Positions 51,108-61,920 of a DNA stretch of 64,000 nucleotides are shown in pieces; the first letter of the stretch is position 1, and each line of letters begins with the position of its first letter. Origin of the DNA: Octopus bimaculoides (taxonomy: Eukaryota); the NCBI RefSeq assembly GCF_001194135.2, contig NC_068987.1, forward strand, positions 42,100,020-42,164,019, read 5' to 3'. The notes beneath the pieces are model-generated. The model was not told where the DNA came from. It worked only from the letters and a program-made list of their open reading frames with translations, and made no database searches. Made by a program: the position numbers and the translations under genes.

Positions 51108-51212
51108 CTAACTCTTCATATTTTCCATTCAAATCCTTCGTAGATTCATTCTGAGTTTCTAACTGAGTGTTTGCTGTGATTAATTGTTTTTCTAGTTCAA
51201 AATATTGTTGCT
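51108..51212 (-). CDS. TPR: TPR exon 2 (105 nt): (E)QQYFELEKQLITANTQLETQNESTKDLNGKYEEL
   Basis: ttttag acceptor and GTGAGT donor. EQQYFELEK matches the TPR motif EQQYFEIEK. Phase 1-1. Confidence 0.95.
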
Positions 51213-52946
51213 CTAAAATATAGAAAAGAATGTTAATGACTTTATAATAAAGAAAAGCTGTATAGATTCAGAGTATCATTTACATATTCCATTTATAAAT
51301 ACGTTATCAATGAGAGCATTTAAAGTGATACAAGTCAAATGAATTACATCAAGTGATTAGAAATAGTTAACCATTTAGCATTCAGATTAGTCTGTCAAAA
51401 AATCCCGTTAAAAATAAATCATCTGAGGCATTGAAGAGAAAATTGAAAAAGATGTTTCCTCAAGTACTATCAGAGGACTTAGGTCTATGTAAAAAGACTG
51501 AAGTCTGCTTTCAAGTAAGTGAGAACGCTGTGCCTGTATTCATATCTAACAGAAAAGTACCGTTCGCAGCAACTGAAATAATAAATGAAGAGTTGGACTG
51601 ACTGTAAAAGAGTGGAATCATCAAAAAGGTGGATTACTCTAAGTGGGTGGCACCCACAGTGTGCATTAAAAAGAAAAATAAGATTAGGCTGTGTGCTGAT
51701 TTCTCTACAACTACTTTAAGACATGCCACCATCCACTCCCAACTCCAGAGGACATTTTCGCAAAATTAAATGGTGGAAACATTTTCTCCAAATTAAATCT
51801 GACTCTAATCTACAAATTAAAGTAAATGACACATGCTCAAAGTTTCTGACAACAAATACACATAGAGGATTGTACAGATATACCTGGTTACTGTTTGGAT
51901 TAAAGGTTGCGCCAGCAATATATCAGCAAATCATGGACGCTATGTTATCTAATTGTGAATTTGCAATCTCTTATTTGGATGATATATAAATCAAGAGTAA
52001 TTCGAGTGAACAGTATGTGAAGCATATAAAAGCTGTGTTCAAGAAAATTGAGTATGGGGTTCACTTTGAGTGAAGAAAAATGTGAATTCTTTTTGCCTCA
52101 AATTAAGTACTTAGGGCAAATAATTGATAAAAAATGGTAGACGGCCTGACCCGTCAAAGGCAGATGCAATAAAGACTATGCCTGCTCCGACAAATAAACC
52201 AACATTACAAGCGTTTCTTGGGCTGGTAAACTACTACCAAAACTACATTCCTAACATGCACAAATTAAGAGCTCCATTGAATGACTTATTTAAAAAGGAA
52301 GTGAAGTGGAATCAGTCGGTTAAATGCCAAAATGCGTTTGAAGAAATAAAAAAAATTCTAATTGCAGATTTGTCTCAAGTGCATTTCAATCTTGAAATGG
52401 ACATTGTTGTAGTGTCTGATGCTTCCAAATACAGAATAGGAGCAGTTTTGCTACACAAGTATAAAGGTAGAAGTATGAAACCAGTGATTCATGTTTCATG
52501 CTTGCTGATAGCGACAGAGAAAAAATAGTCAGATGGAAAAAGAGGCCCTATCGATTATCTTTACTGTAAAAAAATTTCACAGGTTTCTATATGGTAGAAG
52601 TTTTCTGTTAAAAACAGATCATCGACCATTGCTGTCAATTTATGGGTCAAAGAAAGGGTTACCTACCCGAACAGCAAACCGACTACAATGTTGGGGTATA
52701 ATATTACTAAATTACAATTTCAAAATGCAGTATATTCCATCTAAAAAAATTGGTCCAAAAATATGGAACCACTAGAGAGATACCGTGATAGCCACATTGC
52801 AGGCAGAAAATGTATTATGACTAACGTTATCCAAGAACTGCCAGTAACTGCACAGGACATAAGAATGAAATCTGTAGGCTATGAGTACATTACAAAAATG
52901 AAAGAAGCTTTAAAAAAATAAGCAGAATAAAGATACAAAATTTTAG

Positions 52947-53078
52947 TACATTATTTACATTTGACGGATATTTATCCTCATCTTGTTTGTTGTTAACACA
53001 ACGTTTCGGCTGATATACCCTCCAGCCTTCATCAGGAAACAAGATGAGGACAAATATCCGTCAAATGTAAATAATGTA
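52947..53078. mobile_element. Penelope-like tail fold-back: 42-bp inverted arms enclosing a hammerhead core on the minus strand
   Basis: Arms 52947-52988 and 53037-53078 (1 mismatch). The spacer reverse complement reads CCTGATGAAGGCTG..CAGCCGAAACGTT. Confidence 0.8.
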
Positions 53079-53400
53079 AATAATTCCTCATCTCTCAAAT
53101 ATAATCGGTACGGAGCCGACATTAGACTTCATTGGAGACATAACATCACAAAAACATGTATTGCAGCAATTCCACAGTGGACACCCAGGAGTGTCGAGGA
53201 TGAAAACTCTGAGGAGCTACAACTATTGGCCAACTATGGACCAGGATATTGAAAATTTGGTGAGAACTTGTCGAGGTTGCGCGCTCACGGCCAAAGCCCC
53301 AGTGGTAAAATATCAATCGTGGCTAGAGACTGAAAATCCATGGTCTAAGTTACATATCGATTATGTCGGGCCAGTGAATGGCGCTTACTATCTAATTGTG

Positions 53401-56190
53401 GAATGTCAACCAGTTCCAGCAGGCAGTTACGCTGCAGTGACTGGGAAAAGTCTAACGGCAGATGTCTTAAAAGTTACAGAAATTCAACTGGAAGAAACAA
53501 ATTTCAAGAAGTACAATGAACAGTTAAGAAAGGAAGGAGACAGCCTGAGGCTGACGCCACCTAAGGGAGTTATTGAAAAGACAGAGAGAAGGACAGTGAT
53601 AGACAGAACAACTGAGTGGGTACTACTACCAACCTACTGTGGCAAACGTGTGGTCAGAGTGAGGATTGGTAGAGTGCCCCAGAAATTGAGAAGGCGTGGC
53701 TGGTGGCAGCCATGCTCTATAATACAGAAGAGGAAATCAAAATACTGAAAATTACAAGAACTACAGAGGTAAACTGAGGGGATATGGCCTTGAGGTGTCA
53801 GTTAACATCAGTTTACTAGACCTCTACAAAATTGCAGAGGAACGGGTGTTGCCGGACGAGATAAAGCTAAGAGTGGTAGTGGAAGTAAGACCTCCCGTAT
53901 GCTATCAATGTGGAGTATGGGGACACATGAAGGCTAAGTGTCCCCAGAAACAAGAAGAGAAGGTGATGGAGAGGGAACAGCAAGAAGAGGTAGACGTACA
54001 AGGCATAGAGGTACAAAGGCCAGTGGAAAATATGGAAGAAAGATACACAGTGGTGAAGGGAAGAAAAGACAAAACACGGACTTGCCATCAAAGAGACCCA
54101 TGAAGAAAAGAAAAGGAAATGTAGAGGAGAAACAAGGGTTACCAAAAGGAGGAAAAGCGAAGAAGCAGAAAAGAAATGAGATGTTGGACAAATTTAAGTG
54201 AGAAAGATGAAGAGAGAAAACAGAGAGCGATACCAGCAACTAGTACGGAGGAGAACGTAAAAGGACAGGTAAAAAAGGAAGATAGAAGAGAAATGACAAC
54301 ACAGAGCGAGAGACAAGTAGAGAAGAAAGAGATGGAAATACCAGCAACAGCAGAAGAGATTAGTGATGGAAACCAGAAAGTAACACTGAAGGGAAAAACA
54401 CTTAAAAACTATGATACAGTATAGAAAAAATGTGGAGATTGAAAAAAAGATCACTAAAATGAAAAATGTAATTAGGGTGAAGTTAGCGCCTCAACCGTGC
54501 AATGAAAGATTTAAAGCAGTCTTGCATGTAAAAGAGAAAGGTGAAAAATTGTAGGAACTATTCGGGGAAATGATAGAGATATCACCGTTAGAGTTTCGAT
54601 TCAATGAGTTGCCACCGGTCATGGTATTTGATGACATAGTGGAATATCTAATATAAAGGAAAGTAAGTGAAATATTTAAAATAAGGACTTTTTCAAAAAC
54701 TGATGGGAAGAAAAAAAAAAAAGAATAATGAACTGTGTGATAGATAAACAGTAAAATGAAACTACGACCTTGCCCTAATTGCGGAGTCACTATCAGAACT
54801 AGAGGAGAAGTTTCAGGTGTGGAAGCAAGGTCTAGAATTGAAGGGCCTTAGAGTCAACCTAGCTAAAACCAAAATCCTAATAAGTAGGAAGGTAGATAAA
54901 ACACAAACCCCTTCAGGTAGATGGCCCTGCTCAGTATGTAGAAAAGGAGTAGGTAGTNNNNNNNNNNNNNNNNNNNNNNNNNNNNNNNNNNNNNNNNNNN
55001 NNNNNNNNNNNNNNNNNNNNNNNNNNNNNNNNNNNNNNNNNNNNNNNNNNNNNNNNNNNNNNNNNNNNNNNNNNNNNNNNNNNNNNNNNNNNNNNNNNNN
55101 NNNNNNNNNNNNNNNNNNNNNNNNNNNNNNNNNNNNNNNNNNNNNNNNNNNNNNNNNNNNNNNNNNNNNNNNNNNNNNNNNNNNNNNNNNNNNNNNNNNN
55201 NNNNNNNNNNNNNNNNNNNNNNNNNNNNNNNNNNNNNNNNNNNNNNNNNNNNNNNNNNNNNNNNNNNNNNNNNNNNNNNNNNNNNNNNNNNNNNNNNNNN
55301 NNNNNNNNNNNNNNNNNNNNNNNNNNNNNNNNNNNNNNNNNNNNNNNNNNNNNNNNNNNNNNNNNNNNNNNNNNNNNNNNNNNNNNNNNNNNNNNNNNNN
55401 NNNNNNNNNNNNNNNNNNNNNNNNNNNNNNNNNNNNNNNNNNNNNNNNNNNNNNNNNNNNNNNNNNNNNNNNNNNNNNNNNNNNNNNNNNNNNNNNNNNN
55501 NNNNNNNNNNNNNNNNNNNNNNNNNNNNNNNNNNNNNNNNNNNNNNNNNNNNNNNNNNNNNNNNNNNNNNNNNNNNNNNNNNNNNNNNNNNNNNNNNNNN
55601 NNNNNNNNNNNNNNNNNNNNNNNNNNNNNNNNNNNNNNNNNNNNNNNNNNNNNNNNNNNNNNNNNNNNNNNNNNNNNNNNNNNNNNNNNNNNNNNNNNNN
55701 NNNNNNNNNNNNNNNNNNNNNNNNNNNNNNNNNNNNNNNNNNNNNNNNNNNNNNNNNNNNNNNNNNNNNNNNNNNNNNNNNNNNNNNNNNNNNNNNNNNN
55801 NNNNNNNNNNNNNNGGCACATAAAAGACACCATTTCGAGCGTGGCCGTTTTCGTGCGGGTGACACGTAAAAGCACCCACTACACTCTCTGAGTGGTTGGC
55901 GTTAGGAAGGGCATCCAGCTGTAGAAACTCTGCCAAATCAGACTGGAGCCTGGTGTTGCCATCCGGTTTCACCAGTCCTCAGTCAAATCGTCCAACCCAT
56001 GCTAGCATGGAAAGCGGACGTTAAACGATGATGATGATACTTGTGGGGAGCAAGTAAGTCATAGCATCTCATTTATCATTTATTCATAATTTCATCTGTT
56101 ATGTTTTGTGTACCCCACTGTATTGTCTTGTCAATCTTTGTATCATCCCATCTTGTGCCTATCATCCCTTGTGCCTAACAAAGGAAATCA
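53401..56190 (+). mobile_element. ORF1-only L1/Tx1-like element (copy 1), with an RTE inserted in its 3' UTR
   Basis: CCHC knuckle CYQCGVWGHMKAKC (53900-53941) and E/K-rich tail. 3' UTR halves at about 54660-54765 and 56040-56190 are contiguous in copy 2 (57113-57440). Confidence 0.72.
54763..56038 (+). mobile_element. 5'-truncated RTE insertion spanning gap 54958-55814
   Basis: Starts at the DDL-ALIAES region, shows LRVNLAKTK and WPCSVC. Resumes after the gap with the family 3' UTR and (GAT)n tail. Confidence 0.85.
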
Positions 56191-56884
56191 GGATATTGAA
56201 AATTAGTGAGAACTTGTCGAGGTTGCTCATGGCCAAAGCCCCACTGGTAAAATATCAATTGTGGCTAGAGACTGAGAACCCATGGTCTAGGTTACACATC
56301 GATTATGTTGGACCAGTGAATGGTACTTACTATCTAATCGTGGTAGACTGCTGTACAAAGTGGCCAGAGGTATGCAGGTGCAATAAACCAACTGCTAAGG
56401 CAACTATAAAGTTCCTATATGAATTGTTTGTGCAATGCAGTGTTCCAGACAGTTTCTGATAATGGATTGCAATTCTCGGGGTAGGAATTCAAGAACTTCT
56501 GTAAAATGCATGTGATAAAACATATTTTCACTCCACCCTACCACCGAAGGTCAAATGGGCAGGTAGAAAGATTCATGGACACATTCAAAAGACCGTTAAG
56601 AAAAGGTAGGAACGAATTAAGTAACGATGAAGCACTAACAAAATTCCAAAGGGTATACAGAGTAACCCCCAATCCAAGTACAAATTCAGGAAAGTCACCC
56701 ACAGAGTTGATGTTTGCAAGAAGAATAAAATTGATTTTTGATAAGTTATTGCCAGAGAAAAAAGATGAAAAGGAAATACAGAAGATGCAACGAAATATTT
56801 CAAAGTAGGAGATGACGTGCATTTTAAAACTGACAGAAATGGTAAAGAAGGCTGGGAGGATAGCCTTGTAACCAAAAAAATAGG

Positions 56885-57440
56885 AAGCGTAACTGTCGGC
56901 TGGAACTGGTTGACACTGCATTACTTCGTTAGTAACAACTTCACCCATAAATGGGGAAGAAAACAAAATTTAACAGGTAATGAACAGTAGTTCAACAATT
57001 TCAATATTTCAACAATTAGGTACAGTAGACCTTCAACAATTAAACAACAAGCGACTAACAGTAAATTACAACAGGGAATCAAATGACTTGAAGACCAAAC
57101 TACAAACTGCCAATTCAATGAGTTGCCACCGGTGGTGGCATTTGATGAAATGGTGGAATATCTAATATAAAGGAAATTGAAATATTTAAAATTTTTAAAT
57201 AAGGACTTTAAAAAGAAAAAAAAGATGGAAAAAAAAAAAAGAACAATGAACTGTAAGTTAATGTGATACATAAACAGTAAAATGGAACTGCCTGCTTGTA
57301 GGAGGCAAGTAAGTCATTTCATCTCATCATTTTATTCATAATTTCATCCGCTATATGTTTTGTGTACCCCACTGTATTATTTTGTCTATCTTTGTATCGT
57401 CCCATCTTTATAAGAGCCTTTGTGCCTAATAAAAGAAATC
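56885..57440. mobile_element. 5'-inverted copy 2 of the ORF1-only element
   Basis: 56885-57109 is the reverse complement of the 5' UTR plus ORF1 start (MGEVVTNEVMQCQPVPADSYA). 57113-57440 is the forward ORF1 end plus 3' UTR. Confidence 0.72.
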
Positions 57441-57759
57441 AGTTCGTAGTTTGGTCTTCAAAGTCCAGGCACAGTTTACAGTTCAAGTTAGTGTTTTGGA
57501 AATATTGATTGTTGGTTCGTTACGTGCTTGTTAATGTTGCTGTTTGTATTTTGTGTTGTTATAACACTATTACAGTGTATTCTATATCTATTATTCACAA
57601 TATCAACCGTACTACATTATTGGAGGCTTTAGGATATAAAAGGCCAGTCACATCGATTCCACTGTTCACTTCACTTGTTAGAATAAAGCAGCGCTGGAGG
57701 CTTCATACAGAATTGCTGTAAAAATTGCACAAACCAAGAAGCATCATACCATTTAAGGT

Positions 57760-58705
57760 TTGATTAAGCTTTGCATTCTGGAAACAATGAAGATGATTCT
57801 TGGAGAACAGCAGGCACACAAGTTAATGATACAGTCAAAAGTCAGATTTTGGACATGAGTGAAGATATTCTGCTGCAAGTGGTGACTGCTGTGAAGAGCA
57901 GTCCTATGTACTCATTGCAACTGGATGAATCAACAGATATCTCATGTTCCCAACTCCTTGTCTATGTTGACAACCTTGACAGAGCAGTCATGAAGGAGGA
58001 GTACTCGTTCTCTTAGCCAGTGGCCACAACAACTTGTGGAAAAGATATTTTCGAAATCCTAGAAGCTTTTCTCCTTAAACATGGGATGAGTTAGGAAGCA
58101 CTTTTTGGTCAGTGTACAGATGGAGACCCTTCCATGATTGGCTGTAAATCAGACTTCAAAGCCTTTGCATAGAATGTCATTTCACATGTCTCCTTCACTC
58201 ATTGCGTGATTCATCATTATGCTTTGGCAATGAAGATTCTCCCACCTGGACTTCAAAAAGTGCTTACAGACGTGAAGACTGCAAACCACATCTGAGGGAG
58301 CACAACAACTTCAAGGAGTTTAAAGCACTGACTTTTCTGTTCTGTTTCACAAAGTGGCAGCATTCAAGTGTACAATTCAACTTTATCAGAAAAGAGTTCA
58401 AGACAGTGACACAACTTTCTCCCTTCAGATGACAACTATACTGGATTCTATACCAGAACCTAAATGCAGTTTCTGTGAAGAGATCTCAGCTCATCTTCTG
58501 GCAGTGAATGATGCCATCAAAAGTTACTTCCCAAGACTGGATGGCCGCTGTACTGGTGCATGGATCTATAGACCCTTTTCAATGATGGACAAGGCCATCA
58601 GTGATACTGATGTTGCTGCAAAGGTAAAACTTTTTCAAATTTGTGAGGATACTCAGTTAAAAGTCAATTTTTCTGAAAAAGAACTTCCAACATTTTAGGC
58701 AAAAC
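57760..58705 (+). mobile_element. Decayed hAT (Buster/Charlie, ZBED8/SCAND3-like) transposase fragment
   Basis: SLQLDESTDIS.SQLLVYV, CTDGDPSMIG and THCVIHHYALAMK motifs, with stops. Confidence 0.87.
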
Positions 58706-58711
58706 TGAAGG

Positions 58712-58970
58712 ACAACATCGGCCCGCCAGTGCCAGCGACACATAAGTACCATTCAAGTGTGATCGATGCCAGTGCCATCTGATTGCCCCCCCACCCATGC
58801 CAGTGGCACTTGAAAAGCACCCAGTACACTCTCAGAGTGGTTGGTGTTAGGAAGGGCATCCAGCTGTAGAAATATTGCCAGAGCCCGATTGCAGCTTCCT
58901 GGCTTGCCAGTCTTCAGTCAAATCGTCCAAACCATACCAACATGAAAAGCAGACGTTAAATGATAATGAT
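58712..58970 (+). mobile_element. RTE-family 3'-end fragment
   Basis: GGAAGGGCATCCAGCTGTAGAAA...GACGTTAAATGATAATGAT. Confidence 0.8.
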
Positions 58971-60954
58971 GTATAATTATATATAATTATAAATTGTTAC
59001 ACCATTGAAAGTTTAGGTAAACTTCATCACTCTCTCTCCACACAAAAATGAAACTCATTTCGGCACCAAAAATTGCAATGGGAAAATGCTTTAGTTTTTC
59101 AAATCTATTCTGCAATCTGGAATTATTATATATATTATATCCAGTGATTTTAAGACGTNNNNNNNNNNNNNNNNNNNNNNNNNNNNNNNNNNNNNNNNNN
59201 NNNNNNNNNNNNNNNNNNNNNNNNNNNNNNNNNNNNNNNNNNNNNNNNNNNNNNNNNNNNNNNNNNNNNNNNNNNNNNNNNNNNNNNNNNNNNNNNNNNN
59301 NNNNNNNNNNNNNNNNNNNNNNNNNNNNNNNNNNNNNNNNNNNNNNNNNNNNNNNNNNNNNNNNNNNNNNNNNNNNNNNNNNNNNNNNNNNNNNNNNNNN
59401 NNNNNNNNNNNNNNNNNNNNNNNNNNNNNNNNNNNNNNNNNNNNNNNNNNNNNNNNNNNNNNNNNNNNNNNNNNNNNNNNNNNNNNNNNNNNNNNNNNNN
59501 NNNNNNNNNNNNNNNNNATTTTTTTTGAAAAAATTTTTTCGGATTCCTACGTTTTAGATGTCGGAAATTACGATTATACAAAAAAAAAAAAGTTTTTAAA
59601 TTTCACCCTAATTTAAATTTTTGATTTTGTTTACTTTATAGAGATTGTAGCGAATTGACAAACATATGCAAATCGAAATTTAATAGACAGAAACATTAAA
59701 GTGAAAAGAATTTGCGTTTTACTTGTGTTTGCCTTAAATAATCGTAAATTATAATTTAATATAAATTAAATATACACCATTTTATGAGAAACAAACAATG
59801 TTTAATAATTAATGATATAAAGTTTAATAAGGGACTCAAATTTCACCCTCTCCACCAATTTTAAATTTTGAACTTTTACACCCATTTATTTATGTACCTG
59901 TCTATTTATCCCTGTCCGTTTATTCATAAAATATATTTGTCAACTAAACGTGGCGGTCCTATAGAAGACAATGTTATTGTTTTGTTTTGTTTTACCCAGG
60001 AAGACATTCACATCTATATCTCTTTATACACATATCTATATGCTCATTGGATTTAAAATTTTGAAAACGTGGTTTCTTGCATATTCCAAATCTCCGTCAT
60101 CTAAAACATAAGGGAAAAAAATTTCGAAAAAGTTCAAAATTTTAAGGACGTAGTGGTGGTGGTGGTGGTGGGGTATTTATTAATTATTTTTTTTGCATAG
60201 TCCTTCCTGATCTCAGACATCTAAAACGTAGGGATCCGAAAAAATGCATTTTTCAAGGAGAGATGCGAAACCGAATTAGCCCAGGAGGTCATTCAACGAA
60301 AAAAAAAAATTCCAATAATTCCGGGATGGCAACCCCCACTTTCTTTCTTCTCCGAACAAAAATAAGGGGCTTGCAGCTTATTAGGAGGTCAGGGTACTTG
60401 ATTCCACGCAAAAAATCCGAAGTTTTTGGTTTTTATTAGTGAAAATCGTGCGGGTGAAAGGATCAAATAATACCGAAATCTGTAGTTATGCCTTTGTTTC
60501 TGGTTATACGTTAGAATTTGAAGACAAATTTATACATACAACTCAACGAAACAAAACGTATACTCGTGTAGTGTCACTCACCCTTCGGTCCCAATTATAA
60601 TACCTCTCCCATTATCCCGCCATCCGCTCATTTTCATGATCCAAGTGAGAGGTGTGTAGTACTTTTTTTTCATATCTGAAACTATGTGAACCACAGCAAG
60701 AAAAACTTAAAAGTTGATTAATGGTAATTCTAAAGAACTTTTCGATCGTTACTTGAAAGAATTTCAGATCACATATGAACATAGTGGTCAAGTATTCTAA
60801 AAATATTATAATCGTTTTTTTTTGGAATTATTTTATCTCTTTATTTCATGGATTTACTGTTCCATAAGAAAAAGAAAAACAAATTTCCATGAGTAAAATT
60901 ATTGCTCTAACAATATTAAATTTAATTACTTGCAAACTCATATTACAATAACAT

Positions 60955-61133
60955 GGTACTACTAAAGCAGCGCGGACCCGAACGCACAGTCGCGCTAGCT
61001 AGTCTTGAGTGGTCGATCCTAACCCTAACCCGCGTGTGCAAATGAATACGTGTTTAGGGTTAGGGTTAGGATCGACCACTCACGACTAGCTAGCGCGACT
61101 GCGCGTTCGAGTCCGCGCTGCTTTAGTAGTACC
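60955..61133. mobile_element. 179-bp fold-back MITE with 77-bp TIRs containing telomeric repeats; 9-bp TSD CAATAACAT (Mutator-like)
   Basis: Arms 60955-61031 and 61057-61133 (3 mismatches). TSD at 60946-60954 and 61134-61142. GG...CC termini. Confidence 0.9.
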
Positions 61134-61670
61134 CAATAACATTATAAGAAATCTTTTAATTGCAAAACTAAGAGACGCTTCAGTTTGTGTGAAAAGGACA
61201 AAATTAAGTTAATTACTGTCTTATTTCAAGCCATAAGAAATATTAGTTGAATAATTTCTATTATCTTAATACACAATTAGATTTAAATCTCTATTCGGTC
61301 GTCTGACCAGCGAGAAGATAATTCTCCCTATAATTTCGCATATCGAACAACACCAATCATCTTAAAGAACAACGCAATAACTTCTAAAACTGTACCAAAA
61401 TATATCGTCAATGGCAAACGCTGTGGACACATCGGAAAAATAGTTTGAGAAAATAAAAATGGCACGCTATATTCAAACATCAAGAAGAATAACAAATTTT
61501 GGAAGTCTTTTTTTTTTTCAATTATTTTAAAACAAGTATGCAAATTTGAAAGCAATAATGGATTTTCTTGTCGATTTTAATGCAATATAACAATAATTCA
61601 TTATTGTTATTTATTACTTCGTTCTGAGAATTTCTAGAATTTAGAAGAGCTGTTCAAAACAATGACTTAC

Positions 61671-61821
61671 CGCAAGTACAGCGATGTACTTCGAACTTTT
61701 CCTTCCATTCATCTGCTTTAGTCTGCAAAGAACAGAGAAAACTTTCTATTTCAGAAACGATGTTTGGAGCTAAGTTATCTAACCATTTGCAATCAGTTAA
61801 AAACCGACGAAATTCATCCAT
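61671..61821 (-). CDS. TPR: TPR coding exon 1 (151 nt): MDEFRRFLTDCKWLDNLAPNIVSEIESFLCSLQTKADEWKEKFEVHRCTC
   Basis: ATG in GCCATGG context, GTAAGT donor at 61670-61665, phase 1 joins exon 2 (E-QQYFE). Length matches TPR exon 1 as I recall it. Below the ORF-track cutoff. Confidence 0.85.
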
Positions 61822-61849
61822 GGCTATAGAACTACATGCATTAACCGTT

Positions 61850-61920
61850 TTTTAACAACTATGACGCTAAAGAAAGCGGAAACGGATATTGGTATTCAGG
61901 ACAACTTCCGGTCCTAACAC
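61850..61920 (-). promoter_or_regulatory. Probable TPR core-promoter region with an ETS-type motif CCGGAAGT (61911-61904)
   Basis: Exact CCGGAAGT about 83 nt upstream of the ATG, plus GCGGAAAC nearby. The TSS itself cannot be seen. Confidence 0.4.

Larger units (their letters stand above)
51425..56890 (+). mobile_element. Decayed Ty3/Gypsy pol (RT-RNaseH-integrase), split by insertions at 52947-53090 and 53401-56188
   Basis: YRYTWLLFGLKVAPAIYQ, SYLDD, SDASKYRIGAVL, KKFHRFLYGRSFLLKTDHRPL, HSGHPG, WSRLHIDYVGP and SNGQVER. No LTRs found. Confidence 0.92.

Noticed and set aside
54813-55972. Long ORFs of 300+ aa here and at 15346-15880, 28056-28647 and 59048-59581
   Set aside because: They are artefacts of translating N runs.
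61054-61070. G-quadruplex or true telomere / telomere-healing site; functional link to the Mlp telomere role
   Set aside because: Fewer than four G-tracts, internal to a TSD-bounded element, and the link to TPR function has no support beyond coincidence.
1755-61670. U12-type introns or intronic snoRNAs in TPR
   Set aside because: All visible donors are U2-type with no GTATCCTT. No convincing C/D or H/ACA structure was seen by eye, and a covariance search would be needed to exclude them.
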